From: a virus | Lineage: Duplodnaviria; Caudoviricetes | Strand: one strand, 5' to 3' | IMG/VR virus record: IMGVR_UViG_3300025127_000041 | Location: 1-58,157 of that record | Length of the DNA: 58,157 nt | Shown here: in pieces, positions 19,321 through 30,312 of the stretch | How the letters are laid out: every line of letters begins with the position of its first letter | How positions within the stretch are numbered: the stretch's first letter is position 1 | The notes under the pieces: generated by a model | Told to the model about the DNA's origin: nothing | The model's input: only the letters and a program-made list of their open reading frames with translations | Databases searched by the model: none | Translations under genes and position numbers: made by a program

Positions 19321-20754
19321 ATGGCTGGATCATTACAGGCCACTCCAGGTGTAGCAATTACACCGAGTTCGGTCAAGGCAACATTGCCTACAAATTACAT
19401 CACCAATTTCGACTTCTTGACACAGTATCTTCCAGATACTTACGAAGCTGAATTTGAGCGATATGGAAACAGATCAATCTCATCATTCTTGAGAATGGTC
19501 GGTGCAGAACTTCCTACTAACTCTGACTTAATCAAGTGGGCAGAGCAAGGACGTTTACACACAAAATACGAAGCGATGACTTTCGCTGCATTTGGTGCTC
19601 CTGCTGCAGGACAGCAAGTGTTTACTATGGCGGGTGCTCCTGGAACAGGAATGGTATTTAGAAAAAACCAAACAGTATTCTTATCATCAGATCAAGCGTC
19701 AGCTGAGTCTGCAAAGGGTGTTATTGTTGCTGTTACTGGTGGAACTTTTACCGTAGCATACTACACGGATTTCGCTGCAAGTCCTTTTACAGCTGCAACT
19801 ACTTCTGTAACAGCATTCGTTTACGGATCTGAATTTAAGAAAGGTTCCGCAGGGATGGAAGGTTCGTTAGAGGCTGAAGATTCAATCTTCTCTTGCAAGC
19901 CAATTATCATCAAGGACAACTACGAGGTGTCTGGATCTGATATGGCTCAAGTAGGATGGGTTGAGGTTACAACTGAAAACGGTGCAACTGGATATCTATG
20001 GTACTTAAAGTCAGAGCACGAGACTCGTCTACGATTTGACGATTACTTAGAGATGGCTATGGTTGAGGGTGTTCCTGCAGAAGGTACATCTGGAGCTGAA
20101 GCTTACTTATCTACAAATGCAGGTGCTGCTGGAGTAGATGCTGGAAACGCAGGTACTGAAGGTATGTTTGACACTATCGAGAATAGAGGTAACGTATGGT
20201 CAGGTGGTAACCCAGCTGCATTGGCAGACTTTGATACAATCGTACAACGTCTTGACAAGCAGGGTGCTATCGCTGAGAACGTATTGTTCTTAAACCGTCA
20301 GTTCTCTTTCGATATTGACGACATGCTAGCAGCTCAAAACTCTTACGGAGCAGGTGGTACATCTTACGGATTGTTTGACAATTCAGAGGAGATGGCACTT
20401 AACCTTGGATTCTCTGGATTCAAGAGAGGTTATGAGTTCTACAAGACTGACTGGAAATACTTAAACGATGCTACGCTTCGTGGAGGTTTGACAGGAGGTG
20501 CTGTAAACGGTGTTCTTGTACCAGCTGGTACTACATCAGTGTACGATCAAGTTCTTGGTAAGAACGCTAAACGTCCATTCTTACATGTACGTTACAGAGC
20601 TTCTGAGGCTGAGGATCGTCGATACAAAACTTGGATGACAGGTTCTGCAGGTGGAGCTATGACTAGCGACATCGATAAGATGCAGGTTAACTTCTTGTCA
20701 GAAAGAGCACTTTGTGTTATGGGAGCTAATAACTTCGTATTGTTCAAAGGATAA
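19321..20754 (+). CDS. Major capsid protein
   Basis: 477 aa, biased codon usage, WAEQGRLH and FLSERALCVMGANNF; followed by a strong terminator. Confidence 0.85.
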   Translation: MAGSLQATPGVAITPSSVKATLPTNYITNFDFLTQYLPDTYEAEFERYGNRSISSFLRMVGAELPTNSDLIKWAEQGRLHTKYEAMTFAAFGAPAAGQQVFTMAGAPGTGMVFRKNQTVFLSSDQASAESAKGVIVAVTGGTFTVAYYTDFAASPFTAATTSVTAFVYGSEFKKGSAGMEGSLEAEDSIFSCKPIIIKDNYEVSGSDMAQVGWVEVTTENGATGYLWYLKSEHETRLRFDDYLEMAMVEGVPAEGTSGAEAYLSTNAGAAGVDAGNAGTEGMFDTIENRGNVWSGGNPAALADFDTIVQRLDKQGAIAENVLFLNRQFSFDIDDMLAAQNSYGAGGTSYGLFDNSEEMALNLGFSGFKRGYEFYKTDWKYLNDATLRGGLTGGAVNGVLVPAGTTSVYDQVLGKNAKRPFLHVRYRASEAEDRRYKTWMTGSAGGAMTSDIDKMQVNFLSERALCVMGANNFVLFKG

Positions 20755-20772
20755 TACAGGACTATTTATATA

Positions 20773-20797
20773 CCAGGGGTTTCGGCCCCTGGTTTTT
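20773..20797 (+). terminator. Intrinsic terminator
   Basis: ccagggg-tttcgg-cccctgg followed by ttttt. Confidence 0.85.
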
Positions 20798-20822
20798 ATT
20801 GTAAAAATTAAATTAAAATAAA

Positions 20823-21584
20823 ATGAAAAAGAAAAAATCAATACTCGAACCTAAGGATAGAGTATATCTATTAAAGGGAAACAAGGAACCTCTTGCCTAC
20901 TTCATAGCGTCGAGAGACACACCAAGAAACAGACTGCTTTACTACGACGAGGAGAATAACACAAATAGACCTCTTAGGTACGCACGTAACGCAAACTCAC
21001 CATTTCAGGATGAGCAGGATAGCAATGTTATTTTAGAGCCAATAGTTTTTGAGGATGGAATATTAAGAGTTCCGAAAACTAACCCAGTGCTTCAAGAGTT
21101 TCTACATTATCATCCTAATAACGGTGCAGAGTTCTATGAATTTGACGAAGAGCAGGATGCTCAGGAACATGTTGATTTCATGTACAGCGAACTTGACGCT
21201 CAGGTTGCAGCTAGGGATTTGGATTGGAACACTATGGAGGCTGTAGCTAACGTACTTCTAGGAGGAAAAGTATCCTCTATGACTGTAGCTGAGGTAAAAA
21301 GAGACATGATGCTTTATGCAAAGAGATATCCTCAAGACTTCATGGATGCGGTTAACGACCCATCTCTGCGTGTGAATAACATAGCGGCCAGAGCTTTATC
21401 TGACGGCTACCTGTCATTCAGAAACAACAAGAAGGAGATATTCTACAATCTAAAGGAAAACAAGAAGAAGTTAATGACGATACCATTCGGAGAGGATCCG
21501 TTGTATGCATTGTCATCTTATCTGCAGTCTAATGACGGACTGGAACTGTTCAAGTTCCTGGATGAAAAGATATCTGATAATTAG
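20823..21584 (+). CDS. Conserved hypothetical protein, possibly virion-associated
   Basis: 253-aa ORF after the MCP. Confidence 0.7.
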   Translation: MKKKKSILEPKDRVYLLKGNKEPLAYFIASRDTPRNRLLYYDEENNTNRPLRYARNANSPFQDEQDSNVILEPIVFEDGILRVPKTNPVLQEFLHYHPNNGAEFYEFDEEQDAQEHVDFMYSELDAQVAARDLDWNTMEAVANVLLGGKVSSMTVAEVKRDMMLYAKRYPQDFMDAVNDPSLRVNNIAARALSDGYLSFRNNKKEIFYNLKENKKKLMTIPFGEDPLYALSSYLQSNDGLELFKFLDEKISDN

Positions 21585-21623
21585 TATATTTGTGGTATTA
21601 TTAACCCATTAAATTTTTTAACA

Positions 21624-21908
21624 ATGGCAAAGTTTTTATCTATCCCTGTAACAAGTGAAGGGAATCAATTAGTTTCTGCTGATAATATTAAACTTATCGA
21701 ACAAGCAAGCAACACTACAGTTACTATTGCTTATGGTGGTGCTGCTGCACAAGATGTTATTACAATAACTCATGCTACACAATCAAGTGGTCATCAAATG
21801 AGAGATGACATTCAAAATGCAGTTGTTCATGCACATCAGTCTCTATGGCATAATGTTGTAACAACGGTAGTGCCTTCAAAGGCAGTAAGTGGAATCGCTA
21901 TTGCGTAA
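21624..21908 (+). CDS. Small structural protein (possible head decoration)
   Basis: Own promoter (21585-21592) and terminator. Confidence 0.55.
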   Translation: MAKFLSIPVTSEGNQLVSADNIKLIEQASNTTVTIAYGGAAAQDVITITHATQSSGHQMRDDIQNAVVHAHQSLWHNVVTTVVPSKAVSGIAIA

Positions 21909-21931
21909 GAGTAATATCACGTAATTCATTA

Positions 21932-21962
21932 AAGGCACTTTTTAATCGAAGTGCCTTTTTTT
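21932..21962 (+). terminator. Intrinsic terminator
   Basis: aaggcactt...aagtgcctt plus T-run. Confidence 0.8.
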
Positions 21963-21987
21963 ATTTATCTTTGTTAAAACTAGATAG

Positions 21988-22686
21988 ATGATAAATCAAG
22001 TAAGAAATACTGTACTGTCTATAATCAGCAAGGAGAACAGGGGATACATAACGCCCCTTGAGTTCAACCTGTTTGCAAAGCAGGCACAGCTTGAAGTTTT
22101 CGAACAGTACATATACTCATACAGTACATCGATAGTCAAGCAGAATGCTAGGCTACATGGTGAGGGTTACTCAGATATACCCAGAAAAATATCGGACGTC
22201 ATAGATACCTTTTATAAGCTGGCGGCCCTTACATATACAGGTTCTGAGTTTACACCTCCCACGGACTATTATTTTATAGATAAGCTCATATACAACAACT
22301 CAGTAGAGGTTGAGAAGGTAAGTCAGAACAAGGTTCTAAGTCTAGTGTCTTCAAACCTAACGACACCTACAGTGGCATACCCAGTATACACACTGGACGA
22401 CAATGGCTTCATTGTATACCCCACTAGTATAATATCTAATATGTCGATTGGGTATATAAGGTATCCTGTCGATCCCAAGTGGACATACATAGCAACCAGT
22501 CTAACAGATTCAGATCCTTTGTTTAACGAGTCTGCTGCAGACTATCAAGACTTCGAGTTACCTAAAAGTGACTTCGTTAATCTTGTATTAAAAATATTAC
22601 AGTACGCTGGTGTTTCAATTAGAGAGGCAGAGGTTGTTCAGGCCGCTAAGTCTGAAGAACTTCAGGACGCACAACAAAAACAATAG
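21988..22686 (+). CDS. Head-tail adaptor / ring protein
   Basis: GYITPLEFNLFAKQAQ; YIRYPVDPKW; crAss-like ring-protein position. Confidence 0.6.
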   Translation: MINQVRNTVLSIISKENRGYITPLEFNLFAKQAQLEVFEQYIYSYSTSIVKQNARLHGEGYSDIPRKISDVIDTFYKLAALTYTGSEFTPPTDYYFIDKLIYNNSVEVEKVSQNKVLSLVSSNLTTPTVAYPVYTLDDNGFIVYPTSIISNMSIGYIRYPVDPKWTYIATSLTDSDPLFNESAADYQDFELPKSDFVNLVLKILQYAGVSIREAEVVQAAKSEELQDAQQKQ

Positions 22687-22688
22687 AT

Positions 22689-23597
22689 ATGGCATATATA
22701 ACTAACTACCAATACTACACAAATGGAGGCGTCATACCTACAGACCTCAACCACGGAGAATACCAGTACGTATCTCTGGCTGATATCGTGAGAAACTTTA
22801 TGCTTATGTATGTGGGCAATGACAAGATCGTAAACAACGTGGATCGTTATGCGATATTATTCCACGCAAAGAGAGCGATACAGGAGCTTAACTATGACGC
22901 ACTTAGAAATATAAAGGTGATAGAACAGGAGATGGGCGATCAACTTAAGATGGTCATGCCTCCTGACTACGTAAACTATGTACGTATATCAGTTCTAAGT
23001 GGAAATGTACTATTCCCATTGACAGAAAACAGACAGCCTATTTCCGCTGTGGGATATCTTCAGGATAATAACCTGGATATACTTTTTGATTCCGCAGGCG
23101 AGATTGTCACTGGAGATTCAAAGGTAGACATACTTAGACAGCAGAAAAGCCTATACGTGGGAGGAGGTATATATCACGGATGTCACGGATACAACTACGA
23201 GGGTGACTGGTACTTTGGTTACAGGATGGGTGGTAGATACGGACTAGACACTGCAGAAGCAAACAACAACCCAAGGTTCTCAATAAACAAGGCGGCTGGT
23301 GTGATAGACTTCTCCTCAGGTATAGAGAACAAGCATATAGTTCTTGAGTATGTGTCTGACGGCATGGAGAACGGAGATGACAGTAAGATTACCATTAACA
23401 AGATGGCTGAGGAATATTTATATAACTACATAAAGTTCGCTCTTCTAAACAACAAGACAGGTGTTCAGGAGTACATCATAAACAGGGCTAGAAGAGATAA
23501 GACGGCCACTTTAAGAAATGCAAAAATTAGACTAAGTAATCTACATCCATCCAGGCTATTGATGAGCCTTAGAGGTAGAGATAAATGGATTAAATAA
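22689..23597 (+). CDS. Second ring / tail tubular protein
   Basis: MPPDYVNYVRIS, IVLEYVSDG, NAKIRLSN. Confidence 0.6.
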   Translation: MAYITNYQYYTNGGVIPTDLNHGEYQYVSLADIVRNFMLMYVGNDKIVNNVDRYAILFHAKRAIQELNYDALRNIKVIEQEMGDQLKMVMPPDYVNYVRISVLSGNVLFPLTENRQPISAVGYLQDNNLDILFDSAGEIVTGDSKVDILRQQKSLYVGGGIYHGCHGYNYEGDWYFGYRMGGRYGLDTAEANNNPRFSINKAAGVIDFSSGIENKHIVLEYVSDGMENGDDSKITINKMAEEYLYNYIKFALLNNKTGVQEYIINRARRDKTATLRNAKIRLSNLHPSRLLMSLRGRDKWIK

Positions 23598-23599
23598 GT

Positions 23600-26500
23600 A
23601 TGGAGCTAAAGAAGACATTCCTAGCAGGAAAGATGAACAAAGATCTTGACCAAAGACTCCTGTCTGGTGGTCAGTACTCTGATGCATTGAATATAACTAT
23701 AGACACGTCTGAGGGATCTAATATTGGATCTGTTTCAAACTCACTAGGTAACACACTTAAGGGAGATATAACAACGATACTAAACTCATACACACCAGCG
23801 ATAGGATCTACAAATGCCAGGACTATAGGTGCAGTAGAGTACGAGGCATTGAACCTGATATACTGGTTTGTAGCGGCAGATGAGTATGACGCAATATTTG
23901 AGTACAACGAGATAGACAACACTATAGCACAGATTCTTATATGTACAAAGACTGGTGGTAATCCAAGTAAGCTTAACTTCAATCATCAGTACTTGATTAC
24001 AGGGGTTAATTATCTACCTGGGCACAAGGATGACGGTGCACTACTGTTTTGGACGGACAACTATAATCCACCCAGGAAGATAAACATAGCAAGGGCTAAA
24101 GGGTATTCGGTGGATGACAGTCGTATTGATAACGACATAGATGTAATAATTAGACCGCCATTACATGCACCAGCCATATACCCAAGCAAGGGGCTTACTC
24201 AATCAAATAACATGGATGAGAGGTTTCTTTACTTCTCGTACAGGTATAAATATGTGGATAACGAGTACAGTTCAATGTCACCATTTTCAGGTGTTGCATT
24301 TAAACCTGGTGAATATCAAGTAGATCCTCTTAACGGTGACAATGCCGCCATGGTTAATGAGTATAACGAGTGTAGGATTGTATTTGAAACTGGTAATCAG
24401 TTTGTTCAAGAGATACAACTACTTGCGTATGACACAAGAAGTCTTAATGTCAAAATAGTAAAGTCTATAGACAAAGAGGAGGAGCAGCTTAATGATAATG
24501 CTGTTGGTAGCTACACTTTTAACAATAACAAGATATACGCACCACTACCAGCCGATCAGGTTACTAGGCTGTTTGACAATGTACCTCTTCTGGCTAAGTC
24601 TCAAGAAATAATAGGTAACAGGTTGATATATGGTAACTACACTCAGTTTCAGGACGTTGATGAGGTTTTATTTAGCGTCACATATTCATCTACAGACACC
24701 GCTAAAAATACCCCAATAAGTACATTTAGGACAGATAGGGATTATGAGGTAGGAATTATATATGGTGATGACTACGGACGTATGACTACGGCATTAATAA
24801 GTAATGACAACTCGGTATATATACCGCCCTCTGTTTCTGACAAGGGTAATAGTCTAAAGGTAAGAATAGAAAACACAGCTCCTGTTTGGGCTACAAATTA
24901 TAGGTTGGTTGTAAAGCAATCGAAGAAGAATTACTACAACATCTTTCCATTATGGTACTATGTAGATGGTCCATTTAGATACTTTAGAATAAACGAGTTT
25001 GACAGAGATAAATTTAAGGTTGGTGATTATGTAATATTTAAATCATCAGGTACGGGACCGACGTATTCCAATAAAGAGTATAAGATACTTGAGTTTGAGT
25101 TAAAGCCAGATGGATTTGAAGATATATCACAAGCTGAGGCGGGGCTTTATTTTAAAATAAAGGTAGACTCACCCAATCTATTTACAGACAATGATAAGTT
25201 CCAGGCAATTTGGCAGCATACTGGGACAAGTCGACCTGTAAACCCCTCAATTTATGCCAACCCTGACGAAAAATATGCAAAACTACCTGTCGCTATATTT
25301 GGGAATAGTTATATTGACCCTCACACTCCATACTATGGGTCAAACGATGCCAACTCTATGTCGGTATCAGACGCTCAGTTTATTTCAGCGTCAGAATTAC
25401 CAGGCTCGTCAGCTACATGGGCAGCTGGTCACGCAGACATGAGGATCACTGTAGAGATAGATAGTGTGACAGCAACAGATGTTACATTTAAATACACAAA
25501 AGATATAGATGAAGGTACATATATAGAAGAAAACGTATCTATATCTAGTCCTCATTTTCTTATGAGTCCTACATCAACCTCTTCCTTACCGATCTGCAGA
25601 ATTGCCTTTAATCAAAACTCGGCATATAGCGTGGGTGATAAATGGAAGATTCTTTGCAGGAGTAATAAAAGCTTCGGTATAGCGGCTAATTATTTTCAAT
25701 CGCCTGGGGAAGACGCTGGTGCGGTTCCTACATTTTTAACTGATATATCAGATGAAGGTGATGGAAAATACGGTGGCGGTGCCGTTGGAATTGTAACTCG
25801 AAATTCTTCAGATGCAAATGTTAATAAAGAGATAGAGATACAGGCGTTAGCCAAAATTAAAATTCACATCCTACAAGATAGGAATCCGTCAGGTGAAAAT
25901 TCAGTTAATACACCTCAAGCTGAACAGGTTTTTGTATCAGATAGAAAGTATGATAACATAGAGGAGTGGTTTGTAGAATCTGGAGCATATAAGGATTTTG
26001 TTCAGTTTAACAGAAGCGGGGACGACGTAGGTGCAACAGGTGTATGTTTTAGAAGGGCTAGATATGCTGTAGATGGTTTTACTGGAGTAACTCAGCAAGA
26101 TGTTGAACTCACTCAGGAAAGAAGTGATTTTGTTGACATCACACGGTACTCATCTGCTTATCCGACACTTCCAACTGAGGACTATCCTGTCAGGATGATT
26201 ATAAAAGGATTTGGTAAAAGTAAACAATATGGTTTATTAGACCCTCAATTTGGTGAATCCGCTGCCAGAAATAGTATTAGAGTAAGATTTAGAATAGAGC
26301 AGTTAGACAATCCATTGGCTTGTGAGACGGAGCCTCTGGATCAGGATTTGGAGATATATCACGAGGTAACAGACTCTAAAGATATAGTAAACAACCTTCA
26401 TCAGGTAGGATGGAAGTATGCAGATTTTACACATGCCAACACTGTATTTCCAGACATTACATCTATAGTCGATAAGACAGTTCTAGGACCTGCCTATACA

Positions 26501-27769
26501 GGACAGGTATCGGTACCTAACCCTGCAAGCACAGACAGCCCTCACAATTTTTCAGTAGGTCAGAGCGTATATGTATATGGGGGTACATCAAACGTAACTG
26601 ATGGATATTACACTATAACATACATACCAAACCAGTACTCTATAGTTATAGACCTATCATGGCCTGGTAGTGGATCTCCAGATGTCAATCAACGTGTCTA
26701 TCATCAGGACTGGGAGGCAGATCAATCTACCACTCAGGCCGCTACCATTGAGATCAATCAGACGTCCGCACTCAACAGTCAGTTCAACGCATTTGCCTTT
26801 GGTAACGGTGTGGAGTCTGATAGAATAAAGGATGACTTTAACGCTGCCTCTATGAAGTTTAGCCCAAGGGTTACAAGTATTATAGAGGACTACGAGAACG
26901 AGCGTAAGGAGGCCTCATTGACATACAGCGGAGTGTTTAGGGGAGATACATCTATCAATAGATTGAACGAGTTTAATCTATCTCTGGCAAACTTTAAGGA
27001 TCTCGATAGAGAGTTCGGTCCCATTCAAAAGCTATATGCAAGAGACACAGATGTATTTGTTCTTCATCAGGACAAGATAAACAAGGTGTTGTATGGTAAG
27101 AATGTATTGTTCGATGCCGTAGGTGGCGGACAGGTCGCCTCTATACCTGAGGTATTAGGGAACGAGATGCCATATCCTGTTGAGTACGGGATAAGTAACA
27201 ACCCAGAGAGCTTTGCCACAAATGCTGGTAATATGTACTTCACAGACTCAAGACGTGGATGTGTTGTAGGGATAGAGAAAAATGCTGTAAATGAGATATC
27301 TTCACTAGGTATGACTGACTATTTTAGGGACGAGCTTAAGGACAATCCAGAGACGCAAAAGTTAGGGGCATATGATCCTTATTCTAACAGGTATACATTG
27401 TCTACAAATAATACTAGAAGATCATCACCATGTGAATTGACTATTCGACCGTCTACACTTAGTGTTGAGAATAATTCTGGCGGTGTTTCTATGTTTATGT
27501 TTAACATATCTACAGCTCTGTCATGGGCGATCACATTGGTTGACACAGGATCAGGTACATCTTGGGTTAGCTTATCAAGCACGTCAGGATATGGAGCTCA
27601 AAATATTTACGCAAATGTTGCAAATAACTTCTCAGGTTCCACAAGAACTATTAACTTTGTTGTAACATACTGCACCAGCGTGACACAGACATTTACTTTA
27701 ACGCAGGCCAAAGGTGGTAAGGGTACAGTTAGACCTATTATAATAAATAAACCAGAGGATAAAAAATGA
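23600..27769 (+). CDS. Tail muzzle/stabilisation protein, N-terminal part, ending in a BACON-like domain
   Basis: GKMNKDLDQRL, LFWTDNYNPPRKIN, FSYRYKY, GNRLIYGNY, YGISNNPES, YFTD, GAYDPY; C-terminal W...SWVS...R...QA BACON-like pattern. Confidence 0.75.
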   Translation: MELKKTFLAGKMNKDLDQRLLSGGQYSDALNITIDTSEGSNIGSVSNSLGNTLKGDITTILNSYTPAIGSTNARTIGAVEYEALNLIYWFVAADEYDAIFEYNEIDNTIAQILICTKTGGNPSKLNFNHQYLITGVNYLPGHKDDGALLFWTDNYNPPRKINIARAKGYSVDDSRIDNDIDVIIRPPLHAPAIYPSKGLTQSNNMDERFLYFSYRYKYVDNEYSSMSPFSGVAFKPGEYQVDPLNGDNAAMVNEYNECRIVFETGNQFVQEIQLLAYDTRSLNVKIVKSIDKEEEQLNDNAVGSYTFNNNKIYAPLPADQVTRLFDNVPLLAKSQEIIGNRLIYGNYTQFQDVDEVLFSVTYSSTDTAKNTPISTFRTDRDYEVGIIYGDDYGRMTTALISNDNSVYIPPSVSDKGNSLKVRIENTAPVWATNYRLVVKQSKKNYYNIFPLWYYVDGPFRYFRINEFDRDKFKVGDYVIFKSSGTGPTYSNKEYKILEFELKPDGFEDISQAEAGLYFKIKVDSPNLFTDNDKFQAIWQHTGTSRPVNPSIYANPDEKYAKLPVAIFGNSYIDPHTPYYGSNDANSMSVSDAQFISASELPGSSATWAAGHADMRITVEIDSVTATDVTFKYTKDIDEGTYIEENVSISSPHFLMSPTSTSSLPICRIAFNQNSAYSVGDKWKILCRSNKSFGIAANYFQSPGEDAGAVPTFLTDISDEGDGKYGGGAVGIVTRNSSDANVNKEIEIQALAKIKIHILQDRNPSGENSVNTPQAEQVFVSDRKYDNIEEWFVESGAYKDFVQFNRSGDDVGATGVCFRRARYAVDGFTGVTQQDVELTQERSDFVDITRYSSAYPTLPTEDYPVRMIIKGFGKSKQYGLLDPQFGESAARNSIRVRFRIEQLDNPLACETEPLDQDLEIYHEVTDSKDIVNNLHQVGWKYADFTHANTVFPDITSIVDKTVLGPAYTGQVSVPNPASTDSPHNFSVGQSVYVYGGTSNVTDGYYTITYIPNQYSIVIDLSWPGSGSPDVNQRVYHQDWEADQSTTQAATIEINQTSALNSQFNAFAFGNGVESDRIKDDFNAASMKFSPRVTSIIEDYENERKEASLTYSGVFRGDTSINRLNEFNLSLANFKDLDREFGPIQKLYARDTDVFVLHQDKINKVLYGKNVLFDAVGGGQVASIPEVLGNEMPYPVEYGISNNPESFATNAGNMYFTDSRRGCVVGIEKNAVNEISSLGMTDYFRDELKDNPETQKLGAYDPYSNRYTLSTNNTRRSSPCELTIRPSTLSVENNSGGVSMFMFNISTALSWAITLVDTGSGTSWVSLSSTSGYGAQNIYANVANNFSGSTRTINFVVTYCTSVTQTFTLTQAKGGKGTVRPIIINKPEDKK

Positions 27770-30312
27770 AACTAAATCAATCTTATCAATACACAGGAAG
27801 TAATGAGTTCACGTTTGATAATGTATTACTCGGAGCAACAGGTATAGCGTTATTTGATACTAAGACTGGTATTGGTGGGATAGATTTTATACCTAATCAT
27901 GGCTCTACTGTTACATTAAAGGCAGGTGATCCATCTACAGAGTACTTTGATTTTTCACCAAGTCTTCATAATAAGATATACTACCTGGTTACAAATCAGG
28001 AGTATTCTGAGTCCGACAAGGCCACTATAAAGTCTTTAGGTACAGCTGTAAGCGTTCATTTTAACGGTACTGATTATCAGGGTGATTTTGTTTTTCAGAA
28101 TCCTAATGATTTTGAGTTTCTTTATCTGATGTGGGACTATGAGGATTCTATAGGGACAGGTACAGCTTCCTTTAAAGGTATAGCAAGGTCTAGGTCTATA
28201 AAGCTTGATCTAGGAACAAACATAGGGGTGGCTGGTATAAATTACCAGGCGGTAGATATACCTGTGAGATTTCAGATACAGAACAATAATACAGTTATAG
28301 AAGACTCTGGATATGTGGGACTCAATTCTATTGCTAACTTTAACGCACTTAGAGCTGCAGGTGTGAGTCTTAGCGATATAAAGCTTCAAACCCCTTATGA
28401 CGGTACGGTAAACAACGGTACAGGTTCATTAAGGTTTGATAAAATTTCAGAATCTGATGACTCAAGAGTTATAGTTGACTCACCTATAGCTAATTCTGTA
28501 TGGATAGTTAATAGAGTTATGCCTAGCCTGACTTCATTTTATATTGACACGACAAACGGTACAGAGGCAAACGTATGTACTCAGTGCCCAACAGCCAATT
28601 ACTATCACAATGGAACATCTGCACTTCCTGAACCAGGAGACAGGATATATACAAACTCTACAGGATCTTTAGTTTATGATGGAGGTAATGCTCTTCACAT
28701 GATAGACACGGTGATATGTACTGTCCCTAGTTCTACAGGAAAGAGCTATATAGGTGTAGATTCAAATGGGAACGTGCTTACAAAAGAGCCATGTGATTGC
28801 CCTGAGTTTGCTGTGCCTTTTATATATCAAGAGGATATGGTTTTTAGATCTTTAAATGATATCAACATACCTATAAGTGTTCATGGTAACCCTAGCTCAT
28901 TCACGCTTGTTACAACATGCATTCAGTATTCGCTACAGGGAGGATCAGAATCAACACTGTTTACATTCACCGACTGTGAATCAAACACTCAAACTATAAC
29001 TATTGGATTTGATTCTAACGCTATAGTTTGTGCTACTACAGTCCCTACTGTGGTTCGTGGTGATGGTAGTGTTACAAATATGGGTAGATGTATTAGTCAT
29101 ATATTTCCACAAGGTCTTACCTTTGATGAATCTATAGGTGCGGTGACAGGAAGGTCTCAAAAAGAGATATCGTTTTCTTTTACTATAAATGCAACAAACT
29201 GTTTTGGAACCAGTGCTAATAAAACGATAAATGTAGAGATAACCTCACCTTCGGATAGAAAGCCATTTCGTATGGATGTAAATAACTTTACAACGGAGTC
29301 GTCTCCAGCATGTGCTATCACGCCTTCCTTAAGCACCATGTATTTTGATGGACCTAACCCTGTTCCTACACTTAGGGATAGGATTTACTGGTTTACCAAC
29401 GACAATGGATTTCAAACATTTACAGGTGGTGATAAATGGTATTACGTGGATAACTCTCAGGAGGTAATACAGATAGATGACAACGGTTTTGTATCTGACG
29501 TGTATGCATGTCCAGGCACAACAACCACTACGACTACAACTACTACGACTACCGTGCCAGCTGTAGGTAACTACTACACGGCAAAACTTTGTGCAGATCC
29601 CACAACTATAGTGACACTACTTGACGCCACATCTGTAGCTATAGTAGTTGGAAATGTCGTCAAGACAGCTGACGGAAACTGCTGGGAGATAACGGGTACA
29701 ACCACAGGTTCATACCCATATTACTTAATAGAAAATCCCGTCGTAATATATGCAGACTGCACGACTTGTACTGGAACAACTACAACCACAACAACTACAA
29801 CAACTACTACAGCACCCGTCATCAGCTCATTCAATATGGATTCATCTGCCCAAACAACAGATTTTGCTGCATGTTCACTTACGCCCTCTCTTTCGACATT
29901 CTACCACAACGGTAGTGGCTCAATTCCTGCCGTTAACGACTTCGTTTACACGGATGCCTTAGGAGCAAATTTATTTGACGGTGTATTTAAGTGGTACTAT
30001 GTGGACGACGGAGGTACAGCCTACACCATAAATATATCATCGACTGGTCAAGTACTGTATGTAAGGGCGTGTGCAGGAGTTACGACTACAACAACCACAA
30101 CAACGCTTACCAAAACCTACTACACTTATAAAGACTGTAATGATGGTATTATTGCTGGTAAATTATATTTCTTTGGACCAAAGATCCTTGCATCAGACAC
30201 TGCTGTAAAAGCCTCAGATGGAAACTGCTACAAGATATTTAATGTAGACTCAGCTGGAGGGCCAGAGTTAGAGGTATTGTTTGTATATAATTCGTGTTAC
30301 GATTGCCAGTAG
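27766..30312 (+). CDS. Cys-rich modular virion protein with Ig-like domain and three poly-Thr linkers
   Basis: Three YHNG/YFDG...P..GD..Y repeats, two DGNC...CxxC repeats, PQGLTFD...G.VTG Ig motif; T12, T12 and T8 runs. Confidence 0.75.
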   Translation: MKLNQSYQYTGSNEFTFDNVLLGATGIALFDTKTGIGGIDFIPNHGSTVTLKAGDPSTEYFDFSPSLHNKIYYLVTNQEYSESDKATIKSLGTAVSVHFNGTDYQGDFVFQNPNDFEFLYLMWDYEDSIGTGTASFKGIARSRSIKLDLGTNIGVAGINYQAVDIPVRFQIQNNNTVIEDSGYVGLNSIANFNALRAAGVSLSDIKLQTPYDGTVNNGTGSLRFDKISESDDSRVIVDSPIANSVWIVNRVMPSLTSFYIDTTNGTEANVCTQCPTANYYHNGTSALPEPGDRIYTNSTGSLVYDGGNALHMIDTVICTVPSSTGKSYIGVDSNGNVLTKEPCDCPEFAVPFIYQEDMVFRSLNDINIPISVHGNPSSFTLVTTCIQYSLQGGSESTLFTFTDCESNTQTITIGFDSNAIVCATTVPTVVRGDGSVTNMGRCISHIFPQGLTFDESIGAVTGRSQKEISFSFTINATNCFGTSANKTINVEITSPSDRKPFRMDVNNFTTESSPACAITPSLSTMYFDGPNPVPTLRDRIYWFTNDNGFQTFTGGDKWYYVDNSQEVIQIDDNGFVSDVYACPGTTTTTTTTTTTTVPAVGNYYTAKLCADPTTIVTLLDATSVAIVVGNVVKTADGNCWEITGTTTGSYPYYLIENPVVIYADCTTCTGTTTTTTTTTTTTAPVISSFNMDSSAQTTDFAACSLTPSLSTFYHNGSGSIPAVNDFVYTDALGANLFDGVFKWYYVDDGGTAYTINISSTGQVLYVRACAGVTTTTTTTTLTKTYYTYKDCNDGIIAGKLYFFGPKILASDTAVKASDGNCYKIFNVDSAGGPELEVLFVYNSCYDCQ

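Noticed and set aside
29518-30105. Poly-Thr tracts as phase-variable microsatellites
   Set aside because: Codons are mixed, so they are not pure DNA repeats
30288-30312. Programmed -1 frameshift fusing the Thr-rich protein to the GT
   Set aside because: The GT frame opens only after TAA at 30288-30290 and no slippery heptamer lies in the overlap; a GTG start is simpler
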